A stretch of 64,000 nucleotides of DNA from Octopus sinensis (lineage: Eukaryota): positions 41,850,001 through 41,914,000 of the forward strand of contig NC_043004.1 in assembly GCF_006345805.1 (NCBI RefSeq), written 5' to 3'. Below, piece by piece: positions 1-16,702 of the stretch (the stretch's first letter is position 1; every line of letters starts with the position of its first letter). The translations under genes were made by a program, and so were the position numbers. A model generated the notes under the pieces. The model saw only the letters and a program-made list of their open reading frames with translations, was not told where the DNA came from and ran no database searches.

Positions 1-537
1 TTTGGCTCTTCTCATACTAGAATATGAATAAAACATGTTTTGTTTAGCAATGAACTACGGTTTTTCTTTTTGTAATATAAAATTTGTTGTACTACTTTGA
101 ATATTTTAAAAAGTAGATTTACGAGCAAATAAATTAGGTGGGTGTATTTATCGTCATATTTTTATTGCGACACAGGTGACTTCGGAATTGTAGAAGTGGA
201 ATAGTAGCAGATTAAGTGCTGTGATAGTTACCTGCATATTTCTATATTCTGATTTCCAACTCAGCTGAAGTTGATACTGTCTTTCATTCTAATGTGTTGT
301 TGAAATAATTACGCCAATGAAATATTAGTTATATTATTTCAGCGACTATATCCTCTTTCAAATTAAGTATATTTCTTTTGTATGTTTCTAATGTTAGAAA
401 TCAACTTAAAAAAGACATAACCACCTCTCAAAAATAAATATGTACTCTGCTTTCTCCAACTGTTTTAGATAACTATGTATTCGCAAACCGGCATGCATAC
501 TTCGTTAGCCATACCATTACCACATACATTGATGCCA

Positions 538-612
538 AAAGGGATGAAAGGTAAAGTCGACCTCAGAGGAATTGAAACTCGGAATGTGAGTGCTAACGAT
601 TCTGCCAGCTCG
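538..612 (-). mobile_element. SINE family A fragment
   Basis: ggatgaaaggtaaagtcgacctc...gctaacgattctgccagctcgc matches the reverse complement of the full copy at 48931-49161. Confidence 0.7.
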
Positions 613-1588
613 CTTCCTTGCGCCATTCTTTTATGGAGATCAAGTCAACAACCTTCTACTTTTCAAATATTTCTCTACTCTGTAAACCGAATTTATGACA
701 TTTGCAAATTGTATTTAGTTTCGTTTTCCCGCAGATTTTTGGGTTATATCCAATTGTGATACCCTTAGCTTTCAATATCTTGGTGTCGGTAAAGTATACT
801 CCCCGATACGCACACCCTTCAAATCTGCTGTGTTATATACTAACTTTCGAGCATGAAGACCAGTAAGGAGGCAGCGATGACAGACATAACCGCCGTAGCA
901 GTGGGGTTGTTTCTTGCTTTGACATCTTTGCTAGCTGTAGCAAAATGTTGATTCTGGAGTAATTGTTTAACAGGCTATATATGTGTTGACTCTGAAAACG
1001 GTGGTAATGCTTTAGTACAACATAGCAATGAAACAAAGAAGGCTTCTCAATAAACAAAAAATATCGAGGGTGAAATGTGATAATAATAAGAAGAGCAAAA
1101 CGTGTCGAAATGCCACAGTAACAATAACATAGTCAACAGAAATAAGATCAACAACTACAGTAACCTCAAAACAAGAAAATAAAGTAGTAAAATGGCACGC
1201 GACAATATGAACAACAACCTTGCTGTTATCCCATGAACAGCACGTCATCCAACTGCTTACTTCACTAGTACCATCATTATCATCACCCATTGCCTCACCA
1301 TCAGCCATTGCAAGAAATTGGACACAAATCTATCGTAGCTGAGATCAGCAAAACAACTAAACTTTTTGCTAATCTTGCAATAGATATTGCTATCATTATT
1401 GCCAGCATGACCACCACCACTGTTTCTACGTCAGTTGACACCTCCATCCTTTCTGATAGCAACACCAATAGCAACAACAGTAATAAAAAATAGATATGGC
1501 AAAATTTCTGCAAAGAGTGTCACCGACCGACAAGAGATACAGAATGAAATAGCCGAGATAAGCCACGGGAATCTTCCGTGAGATAATC

Positions 1589-1812
1589 TATTTCTTTATT
1601 GCCCACAAGTGGCTAAACACAGAGGGGACGAACAAGGACAGACAAACGGATTAAGTCGATTATATCGACCCCAGTGCGTAACTGGTACTTAATTTATCGA
1701 TCCGAAAGGATGAAAGGCAAAGTCGACCTCGGCGAAATTTGAACTCTGAACGTAGCGGCAGACGAAATATCGCTAAGCATTTTGACCGTCGCGCTAACGT
1801 TTCTGCCAGCTC
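1589..1812 (-). mobile_element. tRNA-derived SINE family A, near full length
   Basis: Reverse complement of the copy at 48931-49161, with B-box-like GAGTTCAAATT and the central gcctttcatccttt-ggggtcgataaa-aagtaccag block. Confidence 0.85.
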
Positions 1813-2284
1813 AATCAATAGATGCAAAGTGTCATAGAAGTGCCGAGATATAAAATATCGACGAGTGGAGAGACCAACACGTGTGAAGAGAAAAGTAGCT
1901 GATCGCCCTAATTAAGCTACCAAATGCATTCGATGTTTTTTAGTGACAGTGAAAGCCTCTGGTTCTACATGTGCAGTGTCACCAGCCATCAAAAAGATAT
2001 TCTCTTCACAGCAGAGAGCAAAATTAGGAAGGCTTGCACTTGTGCCAATATTACATCCACTGTTGCAACAATACGCCACAACCAGCATCAAATAAATAGT
2101 CCACCGGTATTTAATCCCGAAACTCGGTGCACCTGCAAATTCCTTTCCCATATACATTATTTTCCTCACAGAGTATCCAGAGGTAGAAATGTCTCAAACC
2201 GAACATCAACTTTAACAGTCTAATTCACGAATGTATACGGGGGGACCTACTAGTAATATCGAGATGTGACACTGCAAGCTGGGA

Positions 2285-2470
2285 GATTCGTTAGTATGTC
2301 GGGCTAAATGCTTAGCGGCATTTCGCCCGTCTTTACGTTCTGAGTTTAGATTCCACCGTGGTCGACTTTGCCTTTTATCCCTTTCGGCGTCGATAAATTA
2401 AGTATCAGTTAAATACTGGTGTCGATGTAATCGACTTACAGTCTCACGCGAAATTGCTGCCCTGTGTCAA
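2285..2470 (+). mobile_element. SINE family A, diverged copy
   Basis: gggctaaatgcttagcggcatttcg...gtcgactttgccttt...gtcgataaattaagta matches the other A copies. Confidence 0.75.
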
Positions 2471-4267
2471 CATTTGAACGAATAATATGGGGACATGTCC
2501 ATACCATGAGATTTGCTCCTTTTTCTTTCACATAGGGAAGAAAAATTTTGTGACCTTGTAACAACATAACCTTGTGGTTGTGTCGTTAGTTCTGATAGAG
2601 CAGTTCTATGAACAAATGCATCCCATACATAACCATTTCATCATTCTCTCCTTATATCTTTTTGTCTACATTCTCTACAAAATTGACAACTATTTCCCGA
2701 AGGTCAAGCGCTCTATTTCTCGAGACAGAGTAGTACTTCAAATGTACCACCAGTTTAAAGCAACTACCTATATTTTGCATATATTTTGCATATATTTAGC
2801 AGCTTTCACGTTGAAGCACGCAGCTGAGTTACGCTCTTATATTCCTCTGAATGTATAATTACCCGGAAGATATTCTGGTTGGAAAATCTGTGAGTGACTG
2901 CTCATATCATGGGCGCTGTCCCTTTCCGCTTCGGCTTGTAAACAATTCTTTTTGAGGTATTCTATTCATTACCACTAACATTATAAATTCGTTTCCATTT
3001 CTATGAATTTTAATCCAGGTAAAAACAAAAATACATACATGTAAATATAATTTTAACGAATCTATTGCAAAAATTCTGGCTATACCATTTCCAATTAACA
3101 TTCTAGTGTGCCTAATGAAACGAAAGAAATTCAAAGCATTTTCAAACTTTCTGATTAGTTATTTCGAATCGGGAATTTTCTTTCTGTGTTTTGGGACGTT
3201 TTCTTATTTCCATTTGATTAAATAGTTATCCAAACGATCTTCGTCAGGTTTTGCATATACGTACGTACGTGCGACTGATCGGATGTATATATATGTTGGC
3301 ATGTATGTTTGTACGATTGCATGTATATATGTACGTACGGGCACACTTATGTATGTAGGTATGTAGGTATGTATGCATATGTGCTTGTATAAGTGAAAGT
3401 ATGAATATGCGTGGTGCTTTGTTGTTTATATTTATTTGTTGTTTATATCTATTTGTTTTTCCTTTCATGTATTGTCTAGTTATAATTATTTCGCCCTGTT
3501 TTTCGCATAGCTTCATCTTCTTTATTAACTTATCAGTCTCTCATTGTTGTGTGTCTATGATATTTGCATTCCGAGACTTTTCATCGGTTCTCAGTGTACA
3601 TTCGTGTGTGCGCCTGGCGTGTAAATCTGCGCGCGTTTGTAAATTTTTTATACAAACACACAATCACATGCACATGCTTCTCAATAACTATGCTTCCATC
3701 ATTACGTTCCCTTGCTCTTTGTCATAATCTACGTATCTTCTACAATTGCTACGTTATTTATCACAAATAATCTTTCTTCCTTTATACATAACATTCATTC
3801 TTTCCTTTAAAATGTTGTTCTATAGATCTTTCGTCAGCTTTCACTTTCCCATAATGTGTGTATAAAAGACTTCATTATTTTTTCTACCAATATATTTTCT
3901 CTATCTTTCTCTAACCCATTTTCTCTCTCTCTCTCCCTCACTCCCTTATAATAGTCCCATTCTCACTCACTCGCTCGCTCCCCCCTCTCTCTCTATATAT
4001 ATATGTATATATGTGTGTGTGTGTTTACATTTATATGCATATATATATATACATTAAGTATATATCCAAGTATATATTATATATATATATATATATATAC
4101 ATGCATACATGTGCATCTTAGTATATATTTACAACATACATATATACATATACACACTATAAACACACACACATATATATATATATACTTTCATATATTC
4201 GTACTTGTATGCATATATACCTATCTACCTATATGTAGGTGTATATATATATACATATATATGTATG

Positions 4268-4306
<39 letters not shown>

Positions 4307-4311
4307 GTATC

Positions 4312-4358
<47 letters not shown>

Positions 4359-4558
4359 TGCATATATGGCAATTCTATCACGCAGTTTCTTAATCGGAAT
4401 TACTCATTATTTACTCTAGTCACATGGTCATAGACTCCAGTTGCCACTTCTACAAGAATTTCTGCCTTTTCGCAGAAATTTCCTTTTTCTTTCAACTCAT
4501 TTATTTACATCAACATTGTAATTATTATCATTATTAGTTTTCCTCTTCTAACGTCAAG

Positions 4559-4633
<75 letters not shown>

Positions 4634-4789
4634 TGAATTCTATTATGCTTTTTGCGTTTTCCTTATAATAGTCCCATTCTTGTTTTATTTTTTCTGCAAA
4701 TACTTAATGCTTCATTCTCTTTACTTCTTTATGCTTGTTTCTTTTCTTCTATTGTATAATCTCCTCGCATATACGTTTGTCTTATATCA

Positions 4790-4895
4790 CTCTTTTACTC
4801 TTTTACTTGTTTCACTCATTTGACTGCGGCCATGCTGGAGCATCGCCTTTAGTCGAGCAAATCGACCCCAGGACTCATTCTTTGCAAGCTTAGCA
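4790..4895 (-). mobile_element. SINE family B, 3' fragment
   Basis: actcttttacttgtttc...tgactgcggccatgctggagc...gaccccaggac equals the 3' end of the copies at 30583 and 31216. Confidence 0.75.
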
Positions 4896-4930
4896 CCCAT
4901 TTTATTTATCTCTTTCTCTCTCTCTCTCTG

Positions 4931-5020
<90 letters not shown>

Positions 5021-5235
5021 CATACATACATACATATACACATATATATACAAATACATATATATACACACATGCATATATATATACAAACACACATACA
5101 TATGTACGTACATACATCACACATGCATACACACATACACATAGATATACACATACATACATATACATACACATATACATATACATATATATATACATAT
5201 ACATATATATAAATACATATATATATATATATATA

Positions 5236-5308
<73 letters not shown>

Positions 5309-6329
5309 GCATATATATATATATGTATGTATATATTTATATATGTATATATATATATGTATATGTATATGTATATATGTATATGTGTATGTATATGTAT
5401 GTATGTGTATATGTATGCGTATATATATATATATATTCTCTTATTTTACAAATCAGCATAGTTTCCTCTTAACTCACCTTTTACGTTATTTGTGTACTTA
5501 CTGTATATATGCATACATATACATATTCATAGAATCATACATGAATACACATATGCATACATGAGTACAAATACTTGTATTTGTCTGTGTGATCACACGT
5601 GTCTATATATTCGTGTTTGATATTCACATCCAGACTCGTCATATTTCCTAATGTCTTTTGTCCACGTTTATTCAAGTTATAATGGTATTATTATTGCTGC
5701 TATCACTGTTATATTAACGATTATTAATATTGCCTTTTAAATTATCACTGTCATCATCATCATCGTCATTATTGCTGTTGTTGTTATTATTATTATTATC
5801 ATTATTGTTCATTTTCCTTCGTACAGCGTTTCGTTGTCGTACTTCCGGTAGCGGATTTCTTGATATCGAGCTGCATCTCGTAATGGTAGGCATAAAATAC
5901 TTTTCATATAGAACTGGCAGTGTCAAGCAAAGAGCCTGGAATTTCACAGGAAAACCATTGTGACTCTTTGACTAAAAAAGAAAAAAAAAACGTATAGTTG
6001 CATTCGGTACACATAACAGAGTCGTGAAGTACCCTAAATCACCCGAACCAGTAACCTTTCAAGTTTTATTTCATTTTGTTATTTTGATTCTGGTGAGCGT
6101 AGGTGAAGATAGGTACAAACACTCAATTGAAGATAGTGAGTTTGAAGTTTTTTATTTTAAAAAAACGTGATTATCGAATGCTTCTGAGTTGTGCACTACT
6201 GTGTTGCAAATCTACTTAATTATATGTTATTTTGATTCTTCTCCGCGTGTCTTAAGTCATCTTCCACTAACATGCAGTGTGTACTGAAAAGACCTGCTTG
6301 GGAGCACCAATGTCTCAGTCTTCGTAGCA

Positions 6330-6775
6330 CTACCTCTCATCCCTAAATTGTAGTACTCGGCAGAAAACATGAATGTTGATGGTAATGAAAGAAAGAGTAC
6401 GATCGCGAATACAAGTGGCTGAAATGGGATTACACCAAAATATCTTTGTAGTCACGTAACTTGACAGGTTACGTAGCTAGGAGGTCAGCTAATCTCTTTA
6501 GGTTGAGCAGCACTGAGTAGTCACAACTCCGACACTACGGACATGTAAAGAGAATGCCGCATGAAAGAACTGCAAGTTGAGTCCGCTGGCAGGAGACTTC
6601 GGGCTTTACCAGTAACGAGACGGTTGGATAATATCCACACACTCAGTTGCTCGCACTAAGGATCCAGCCCTAAGGGCTAATGAAAGTGGCTTCTGATAGA
6701 ACCCTATGAAGGAGGTGCCTGAGAATTCTACTCCTACAACCTTCCCACGAACACCAGGCGGAAAAGATGCATTGA
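6330..6775 (+). mobile_element. RTE-clade LINE, 3' remnant
   Basis: Hand translation near 6535 gives LRHYGHVKRMPHERTA, resembling the RTE C-terminal LRWxGHVxRM motif; heavily degenerate. Confidence 0.6.
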
Positions 6776-6817
6776 TTCTTTTACTTTTCCGTGCAAATAT
6801 GTGTTAGTACATATATA

Positions 6818-7308
<491 letters not shown>

Positions 7309-7326
7309 TGTATGTATGTATGTATG

Positions 7327-7407
<81 letters not shown>

Positions 7408-7640
7408 GTGTGTGTGTGTGTGAATAACTATATATTTTCTGTTTGTATTGTTTTATTAGTTTATTGGTTACAACCAGAGAGCTCAGTGCCTGTGTGTGCC
7501 TGTGTGTAAATTAAAAAAATCCTTAATACACCCATCCATATATTATATTATATGACTTCTTTAACACCTCGATTCACTGTAACTTCTAGTGAAAGTTCCT
7601 TTCGAGCCATTGGTCATTACGAAGAAAAGATTATTATAAA

Positions 7641-7642
<2 letters not shown>

Positions 7643-7715
<73 letters not shown>

Positions 7716-7720
7716 TACTA
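7643..7720. repeat. (TTA)n microsatellite, 3' tail or target of LINE copy A
   Basis: Direct read. Confidence 0.95.
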
Positions 7721-10122
<2,402 letters not shown>

Positions 10123-10655
10123 GTGAGAGAGCAGTGCATGCCATCAAAGTGACACTTGGGTAAAATATAAGAAACCCAGTATACCCATCATGGCTACTCG
10201 TCTGATAAGAATACACTAGGCACATGCATCACAACCATATGTGCGCGACATGGAGATCTCATATCAAGATAAACAGCACATGACCTTGCAGGTGGGGCCC
10301 AGTTAGAATTTTCTTATGGTCGAGTAACCCATCCCACTCAAAATGTCCCTGAATAAGGGTTGTTTAAGTGTGTTGAACGAGACACCCATGTTTCCAGAGG
10401 TGAATTATTCAAACCCCAGAGAATTCCTCTCAACACATGGCTATGATACTCCCCCACTACTTCTGCCCGTGATCAGAGATGCACATATCGTCAGCCGCTA
10501 AAGGACATGCTCAACTGGCTAAGGTTGGTATTGTGAAGAATATTTGCTGTAGCCCATCTTTTATACCAAGACAAAACAATGTACACGATAACACCTCCAA
10601 TCAGTTAAGATCAGAAGTGATGAAAGCCACTGCCTGGTACTGCATCAAGGCATTT
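10123..10655 (-). mobile_element. ~530-bp non-coding interspersed element bounded by (TAA)n on both sides, unclassified
   Basis: Higher-GC complex sequence with sharp microsatellite borders and no LINE protein motifs; strand inferred from the neighbours. Confidence 0.55.
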
Positions 10656-10679
10656 ATTATTATTATTATTATCATTATT

Positions 10680-11105
10680 CAGTAGTTTTATTTTTATAGC
10701 GTGCTTTCACTTCACTACCGAGCGCAGCTCTGTGTGCCTTGGGTATGTGCTGTGATTTGTTGTGATGCTCTGATGGTTATTGTATGGAAAGTGTCCTGCG
10801 TAGGATGTGTGCAGTGCCTAGTAGTGCAATTTTCTGTATGTTATATGTGTTTGTAAGTCCTGGTGTTTTTGTTATGTATTTGTCTGAATATTTTTTTATC
10901 ATGCCTAATGCACCTACTATGATAGGAATTGTTTCTGTTTTCAGATTCCACATTCTAGTTACCTCTATTTCCAGGTCTTTGTATTTTGAGAGTTTCTCCA
11001 TTTCTTTTAGAGACACGTTGTCATCTGCCGGTATTGATACATCAATTAGAAAGCATTTTCTTTTCTTCATGATCTCTGACAACTATATCTGGTCTGTTGG
11101 CCTTA
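10680..11105 (-). mobile_element. R4/Dong-like LINE copy B', short 3'-end duplicate
   Basis: ORF 10777-11082 FLIDVSIPADDN..KLSKYKDLEIE..IPIIVGALG..QKIALLGTAHILR (RLE C-terminus) plus 3'UTR; near identical to 11231-11655. Confidence 0.9.
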
Positions 11106-11163
11106 ATTGTTGGCCTTATTATTATTATATCTGGCCTGTTGGCCTATATCTGGCCTGTTGGCC

Positions 11164-11208
<45 letters not shown>

Positions 11209-11230
11209 TATTATTATTATTATTATTATT

Positions 11231-12584
11231 CAGTAGTTTTATTTTTATAGCGTGCTTTCACTTCACTACCGAGCGCAGCTCTGTGTGCCTTGGGTATGTG
11301 CTGTGATTTGTTGTGATGCTCTGATGGTTATTGTATGGAAAGTGTTCTGCGTAGGATGTGTGCAGTGCCTAGTAGTGTAATTTTCTGTATGTTATATGTG
11401 TTTGTAAGTCCTGGTGTTTTTGTTATGTATTTGTCTGAATATTTTTTTATCATGCCTAATGCACCTACTATGATAGGAATTGTTTCTGCTTTCAGATTCC
11501 ACATTCTAGTTACCTCTATTTCCAGGTCTTTGTATTTTGAGAGTTTCTCCATTTCTTTTAGAGACACGTTGTCATCTGCCGGTATTGATACATCAATTAG
11601 AAACCATTTTTTTCTTCATGATCTCTGACAACTATATCTGGTCTGTTGGCCTTAATTTCTCTATCTGTGTGTATCGGCATATCCCAGAGTATTGTTGCTT
11701 TCTCGTTTTCTGTAACCTTTTCTGGTGTGTGCCTATACCATCTTTTTTCTGTTTTTATTGCATAATGTTGGCATAGCTTCCAGTGTATGTAGGTTCCAAC
11801 TCTGTCATGTCTGTGAATATATTCCTTCTTAGCCAGGACTGGGCAGCTAGAGATAATATGATTTATCGTTTCTTGTCCATCTCCACATATTCTGCAGTTA
11901 CTTGTAATATTTCTTTTCATTACATGTTTTTGGTAATTTCTGGTGGGGAGGCTTTGGTCTTGTGCTGCAATTAAAAATCCCTCTGTTTCTGCTTTGAGTC
12001 CTGAGCTTCTCAACCATTGCTGGGATCTTTCTTTGTCTATTTCTTTTGCGTTTAGTTTAATGCAGTATTTACCATGAAGGGGTTTTTCTTGCCATCGTTT
12101 TATCATGGCTCGTTGCTGTTCTATTTTTAGTTTGGATTTCATTTGTTTTATAGCTTTTGTTGTTTCTTCATCATCTTCTTCTTCTTCTTCTTCGTGTTTA
12201 TTAGGTGGTATGATTTCTTGTTTGTATTTGTCAGCTTCCTTTAATACTGAGAACAGTTTTTTGTTTTGCTCGTGTTTTGCTGCTATCTGGATCAGTTTTC
12301 CTTCCTTCTGAAGTAGGTATTTTTGCAGTCCTATGGTGGTTATTTTATAGTAGTTTTCCAGCTGTATAAGGCCTCTACCACCTTCTATACGTTGTGTATA
12401 TAGTCTTTCTATGTCAGATTTTGGGTGATGCATCCTAGATCCTGTCAGTATTTTTCTTGTTTTCCTATCTATTTTGGACAGTTCATTTCGTGTCCAGTTA
12501 AGGATATTGTAGCTGTAACTTATAACTGGGACAGCGAAAGTGTTGATATCTATTATCTTGTTTTTAGCATTGAGCTCTGTTTTT

Positions 12585-12586
<2 letters not shown>
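11231..12586 (-). mobile_element. R4/Dong-like LINE copy B, 5'-truncated
   Basis: LNAKNKI..INTFAVPVISYS, RLY..R.EGGRGLIQLE, WLRSSGLKAETEGFLIAAQDQSLPTRNY, CRICG..ETINHIISSC, RHDRVG, WDMPIHTDREIKANRPDIV, then a frameshift into the RLE end; both ends abut (TAA)n. Confidence 0.92.
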
Positions 12587-12653
<67 letters not shown>

Positions 12654-12700
12654 AGTAATAATAATAATGATAATAATGATAATAATAATAATAATATATA
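12587..12700. repeat. (TTA)n/(TAA)n microsatellite
   Basis: Direct read; creates the poly-Leu/Ile run in ORF 11597-12808. Confidence 0.95.
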
Positions 12701-13110
12701 AAGGATTGAGGTAACTCCTCCAGAAGATATAGAGTCAAAATGCCACTCTTGTTTTAATTTTGATTCTGTATCTTCTGGATATAGTACCGGTTTCAGTTTG
12801 TAGTCCAACTAAACACTCCTCAAAATGGGAGCAGTCCTCAAAATGCTGCCCTGATGGTTCTAATCTCGCTTTTCATTTGCATTTTTCTGCCACACGGAAG
12901 AGCCTTGACCTTCTATTGAATATATTTCGGGATTTATGACTGCATGAAATAAGGTCTTTGTAATTATTCTGCCTTTGGAAGATATTTATTTTGTGTCTCA
13001 ACACCCATTTTTGCACAGCTACAGCTCTGTTTGAAAACTCATCTTTTTAATGTCTCACATCCGTCGTCGCTCCCGTGGCGAATAAAGAAACGATTATTAT
13101 GATTGTTATT
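12700..13110 (+). mobile_element. Unclassified retroposon-like 3' end
   Basis: Complex sequence ending gcgAATAAAgaaacg followed by an attattatgatt tail; no motif recognised. Confidence 0.3.
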
Positions 13111-13249
13111 TATTAATATCTTCTACTTCATTACAGCTTTAATTCGTGTTTCTTTTTATATAGTTCTTGTACATTGTAGTCATCATCCATATGCCTATGC
13201 ACCAAACAAAACACACAGGTACAGACACACACACAAACACAGAACACAT

Positions 13250-13549
13250 ATACATATAATTAAATATATGTGTATATACACACACATATATACCTATGTA
13301 TATAAGTGTATATATATGTATGTATATAAATATATATATATATATATATGTATATAAGTATATACATATATATATGTATATATATATATATATATATATA
13401 CTTGTATATATGTATATATATACAGAGAGACATATATACATTTATTTAGAGATATGTTAAATTATGAATGTATGCATACATATACATAAATAAACATATA
13501 TATATATGTATATATAAATATGTATATACACACATATGTATATATATAT

Positions 13550-13595
<46 letters not shown>

Positions 13596-14272
13596 ATATA
13601 TATATTCATATATATGCATACATTATATATATATTCCTTATTTTAATATAAATTTCTATTCATAGTATTATTGTATGAATTTTATATTCACAGGCTTTTT
13701 CATAAATATCTTTCCACGCGTCAGTAATTTGCTCCGTCGTCAGCAACAGTACCGCCCCCTTCCCCCACTACGCCTACACCAATTCCAACACCAACAATAC
13801 CACCACAAGAATGTTATTGTTATTTCTACAACAATAAATAATGGCATCATAATTCTTCTTTATTACCATTCAGAAGATATTTGTCAAGATACCAAAATAA
13901 AATACAAACACACGCATACACACACAAAAGCAAACGCACATATTACTTACACTATGGGATAAATATATGCATACTCACACGTACAATATAGATAGAGCAC
14001 ATTCTTCAAAGCATCTACACCCTCATATACACATATATAAATGTGTACTTTTATATATGTATCGTAAGATACAGCACACAAGTATAGAGGAAAGTTTCAT
14101 TTGTGCACAGACAGACACACACACACATACACACGCGCAAACATGCAAAGGTATTGAAATATACCTATGTATATACATATGCAGGTATACAAATAAAGGG
14201 TCCTATAAATATATGTATACATATATGTATATAAATGTATATATATATATAGTATATATATATATATGTATA

Positions 14273-14330
<58 letters not shown>

Positions 14331-14788
14331 TTATATATGTACGTATATACACACACATATCTATATATATATACAAGTATATGCATAAACATACGTGCTT
14401 GGTGTACGTGTTTCTTGGATGTAGAATATATTGTATACATTTTTATACACATGCTAAATAACAGGCGCAAATATATATATGTGTATTCATGTATATATAT
14501 ATATATATAATATATATATAATATATATATATTATATATATATATATATACGTGTGTGTATATGTGTGTGTATATATATATATTTATATATATGTATATA
14601 TGTATGTATGTAATTATATACACACGCACATATATCTATATATACAAGTATATGCATAACCATACGTCCTTGTGTATCTGTTTATTGAATGTGGAATGTA
14701 TTGTATACATTTTTATACACATGCTACATAACAGGCGCAAGTATATATATGTGCTTATTCATGTGTATATATATATATATATTTACGG

Positions 14789-14827
<39 letters not shown>

Positions 14828-15270
14828 CATATATACAGTATTTGCTTTAAATCATTTTTGTTTACTTTCGTTTGTATAACTCGTGTGTGTGTGATTTGTT
14901 ATGTTTTCTGCTTGCTTTTATTTCAAAGAAAAATCTTTCTTACGCTTCCAAAGGCGGTAAAGCCATATATTTTAACTTACGATTTTTGAATTATGTTTTG
15001 TAAAGTTATTGAGAACTATCGGTGAATTAGCTAGCTCAGAGCTTTTACGTTTGACTGAACAACTACAAAACATAGTAACGAAAATCACACGGATATACAT
15101 ACTCATACGAACAGGAACAGGGATGCAAATACACACACACGCGAGAACTTTCTTTTTCCTATCACAAAATTGTAGAAATAGTTAGATTTGAAAGATGTGT
15201 AAAGATTTTGTCTTGTAAAATTCCATTTAAGTCACTGTGCGTCTGTGTGTACCTATGGTACGTGTATATG

Positions 15271-15344
<74 letters not shown>

Positions 15345-15345
15345 T

Positions 15346-15428
<83 letters not shown>

Positions 15429-15430
15429 TA
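13250..15430. repeat. Compound (TA)n/(CA)n/(TATG)n microsatellite field
   Basis: Direct read; source of the poly-YI ORFs. Confidence 0.9.
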
Positions 15431-16641
15431 CACACACTTGCGTATTTTTTCATTGTGAATTTGTGTTTGCCTGTATGTGTGTGTTGTTTTTGTGTTGTTC
15501 TCTGCCGCTTGTTTTCCTTCTACGTTATATATCCTTATAGGACTTCCTTCTGCATTGAAGAGTTCACCTTCCTTACTTTGTTTTGAAGAACAGATTTCAC
15601 TTGAAAAGCTTATTTGATTCATATACTCTTTTAGTTTCATACTGATTCAAACCAGGGCAGCATTTTTGTTGTTTTAAAATAATGGTTTCAGCACAATAGG
15701 ATGAAGATTACCCATGACCTTCGTGGACCTCTGACACTGATGGCGTAGTATGAAGCGAAGAGGGAAGTACGATAAATATAATCGCAATAGAAACAAGGTA
15801 TCAAAATGTTCAGTTACTTTCAGACGGGAGAAATGGATTGAATATTAGCAAGTGAGTAGAGTGCATTGAAGGTACCCAAGAATCGTGAAATGATATTAAA
15901 CCAGGCCTCAAAATTTATCTACCATCCAAACACAGGTATAGTTTATCTGATATGCTTCTGTACAACTTCCGCAAGCGGAAGCGGAAGCCAGACGATTAGG
16001 AATGAAAAATTGCACCAATACCTGGTACCAGTGCTGAGTGCTGTCACCAATACTGCTCTACAAAATGGTTTGTGTTTGATATTTTCTCAGATGAGGCGTT
16101 TCGTATCAGTCCAGATGTACAAATAACACATAGGAACACAAAATACTATTGAAATGTAAAACTAGTCGGGATTCCGTTCAATAACGATCAAAGTTACTAA
16201 AAATACGTTCACATCTTGATGCAGGTAACTAATATTTCTCGGAAGTCTATTGAAGATTTTTGAATTGTTAAATAACAATCTAATTGTAGTGCCAGCGGTC
16301 TATTTGTTGTCTAGTTCTAGTTTGTGGGAAAGAAAGAGACAGAGTAGAAGAAGAGAGAGAGAGAGAGAGAGGAACACACACAAACAGACAGAGAGAGGAG
16401 GAGAAAGTGTGAGAGAGGAAGTGGAAGTGATAGGAGAAAAAAGACATCTAATTTTATACAGCGATACCAGTTCGGGGTATGCACATCTCCAAAGTTTGAT
16501 ACAATTCTTTCCAAGAACGCTAAACTATAAATTGCTGCGAGTTTCTCAAGGTATTTCTTGAAAAAAAATCTATTTATGTTGTATAGCTACACAGTCACAC
16601 ACACGTGAGTGTGTGAGCGTGCGCCCGCGTGTGTGTCTATT

Positions 16642-16702
<61 letters not shown>

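Noticed and set aside
833-1513. Hydrophobic ORFs suggesting a membrane protein exon
   Set aside because: They come from degenerate AAC/CAT-type low-complexity sequence, overlap on both strands, and show no recognisable domain or splice frame
4003-5564. Numerous YI/MYV/HT-rich ORFs here and at 13-15, 43-44, 51-52 and 54-57 kb
   Set aside because: They are translations of (TA)n, (TG)n and (TATG)n microsatellites
10600-10650. U2 snRNA-like words (taagatcag, tgcagtacc) suggesting a U2-targeting element
   Set aside because: The matches are short, on opposite strands and not collinear with U2
11597-12808. 403-aa ORF as a real gene with a hydrophobic poly-Leu/Ile domain
   Set aside because: It is a chance in-frame fusion of unrelated flank, a (TAA)n array and a truncated LINE ORF
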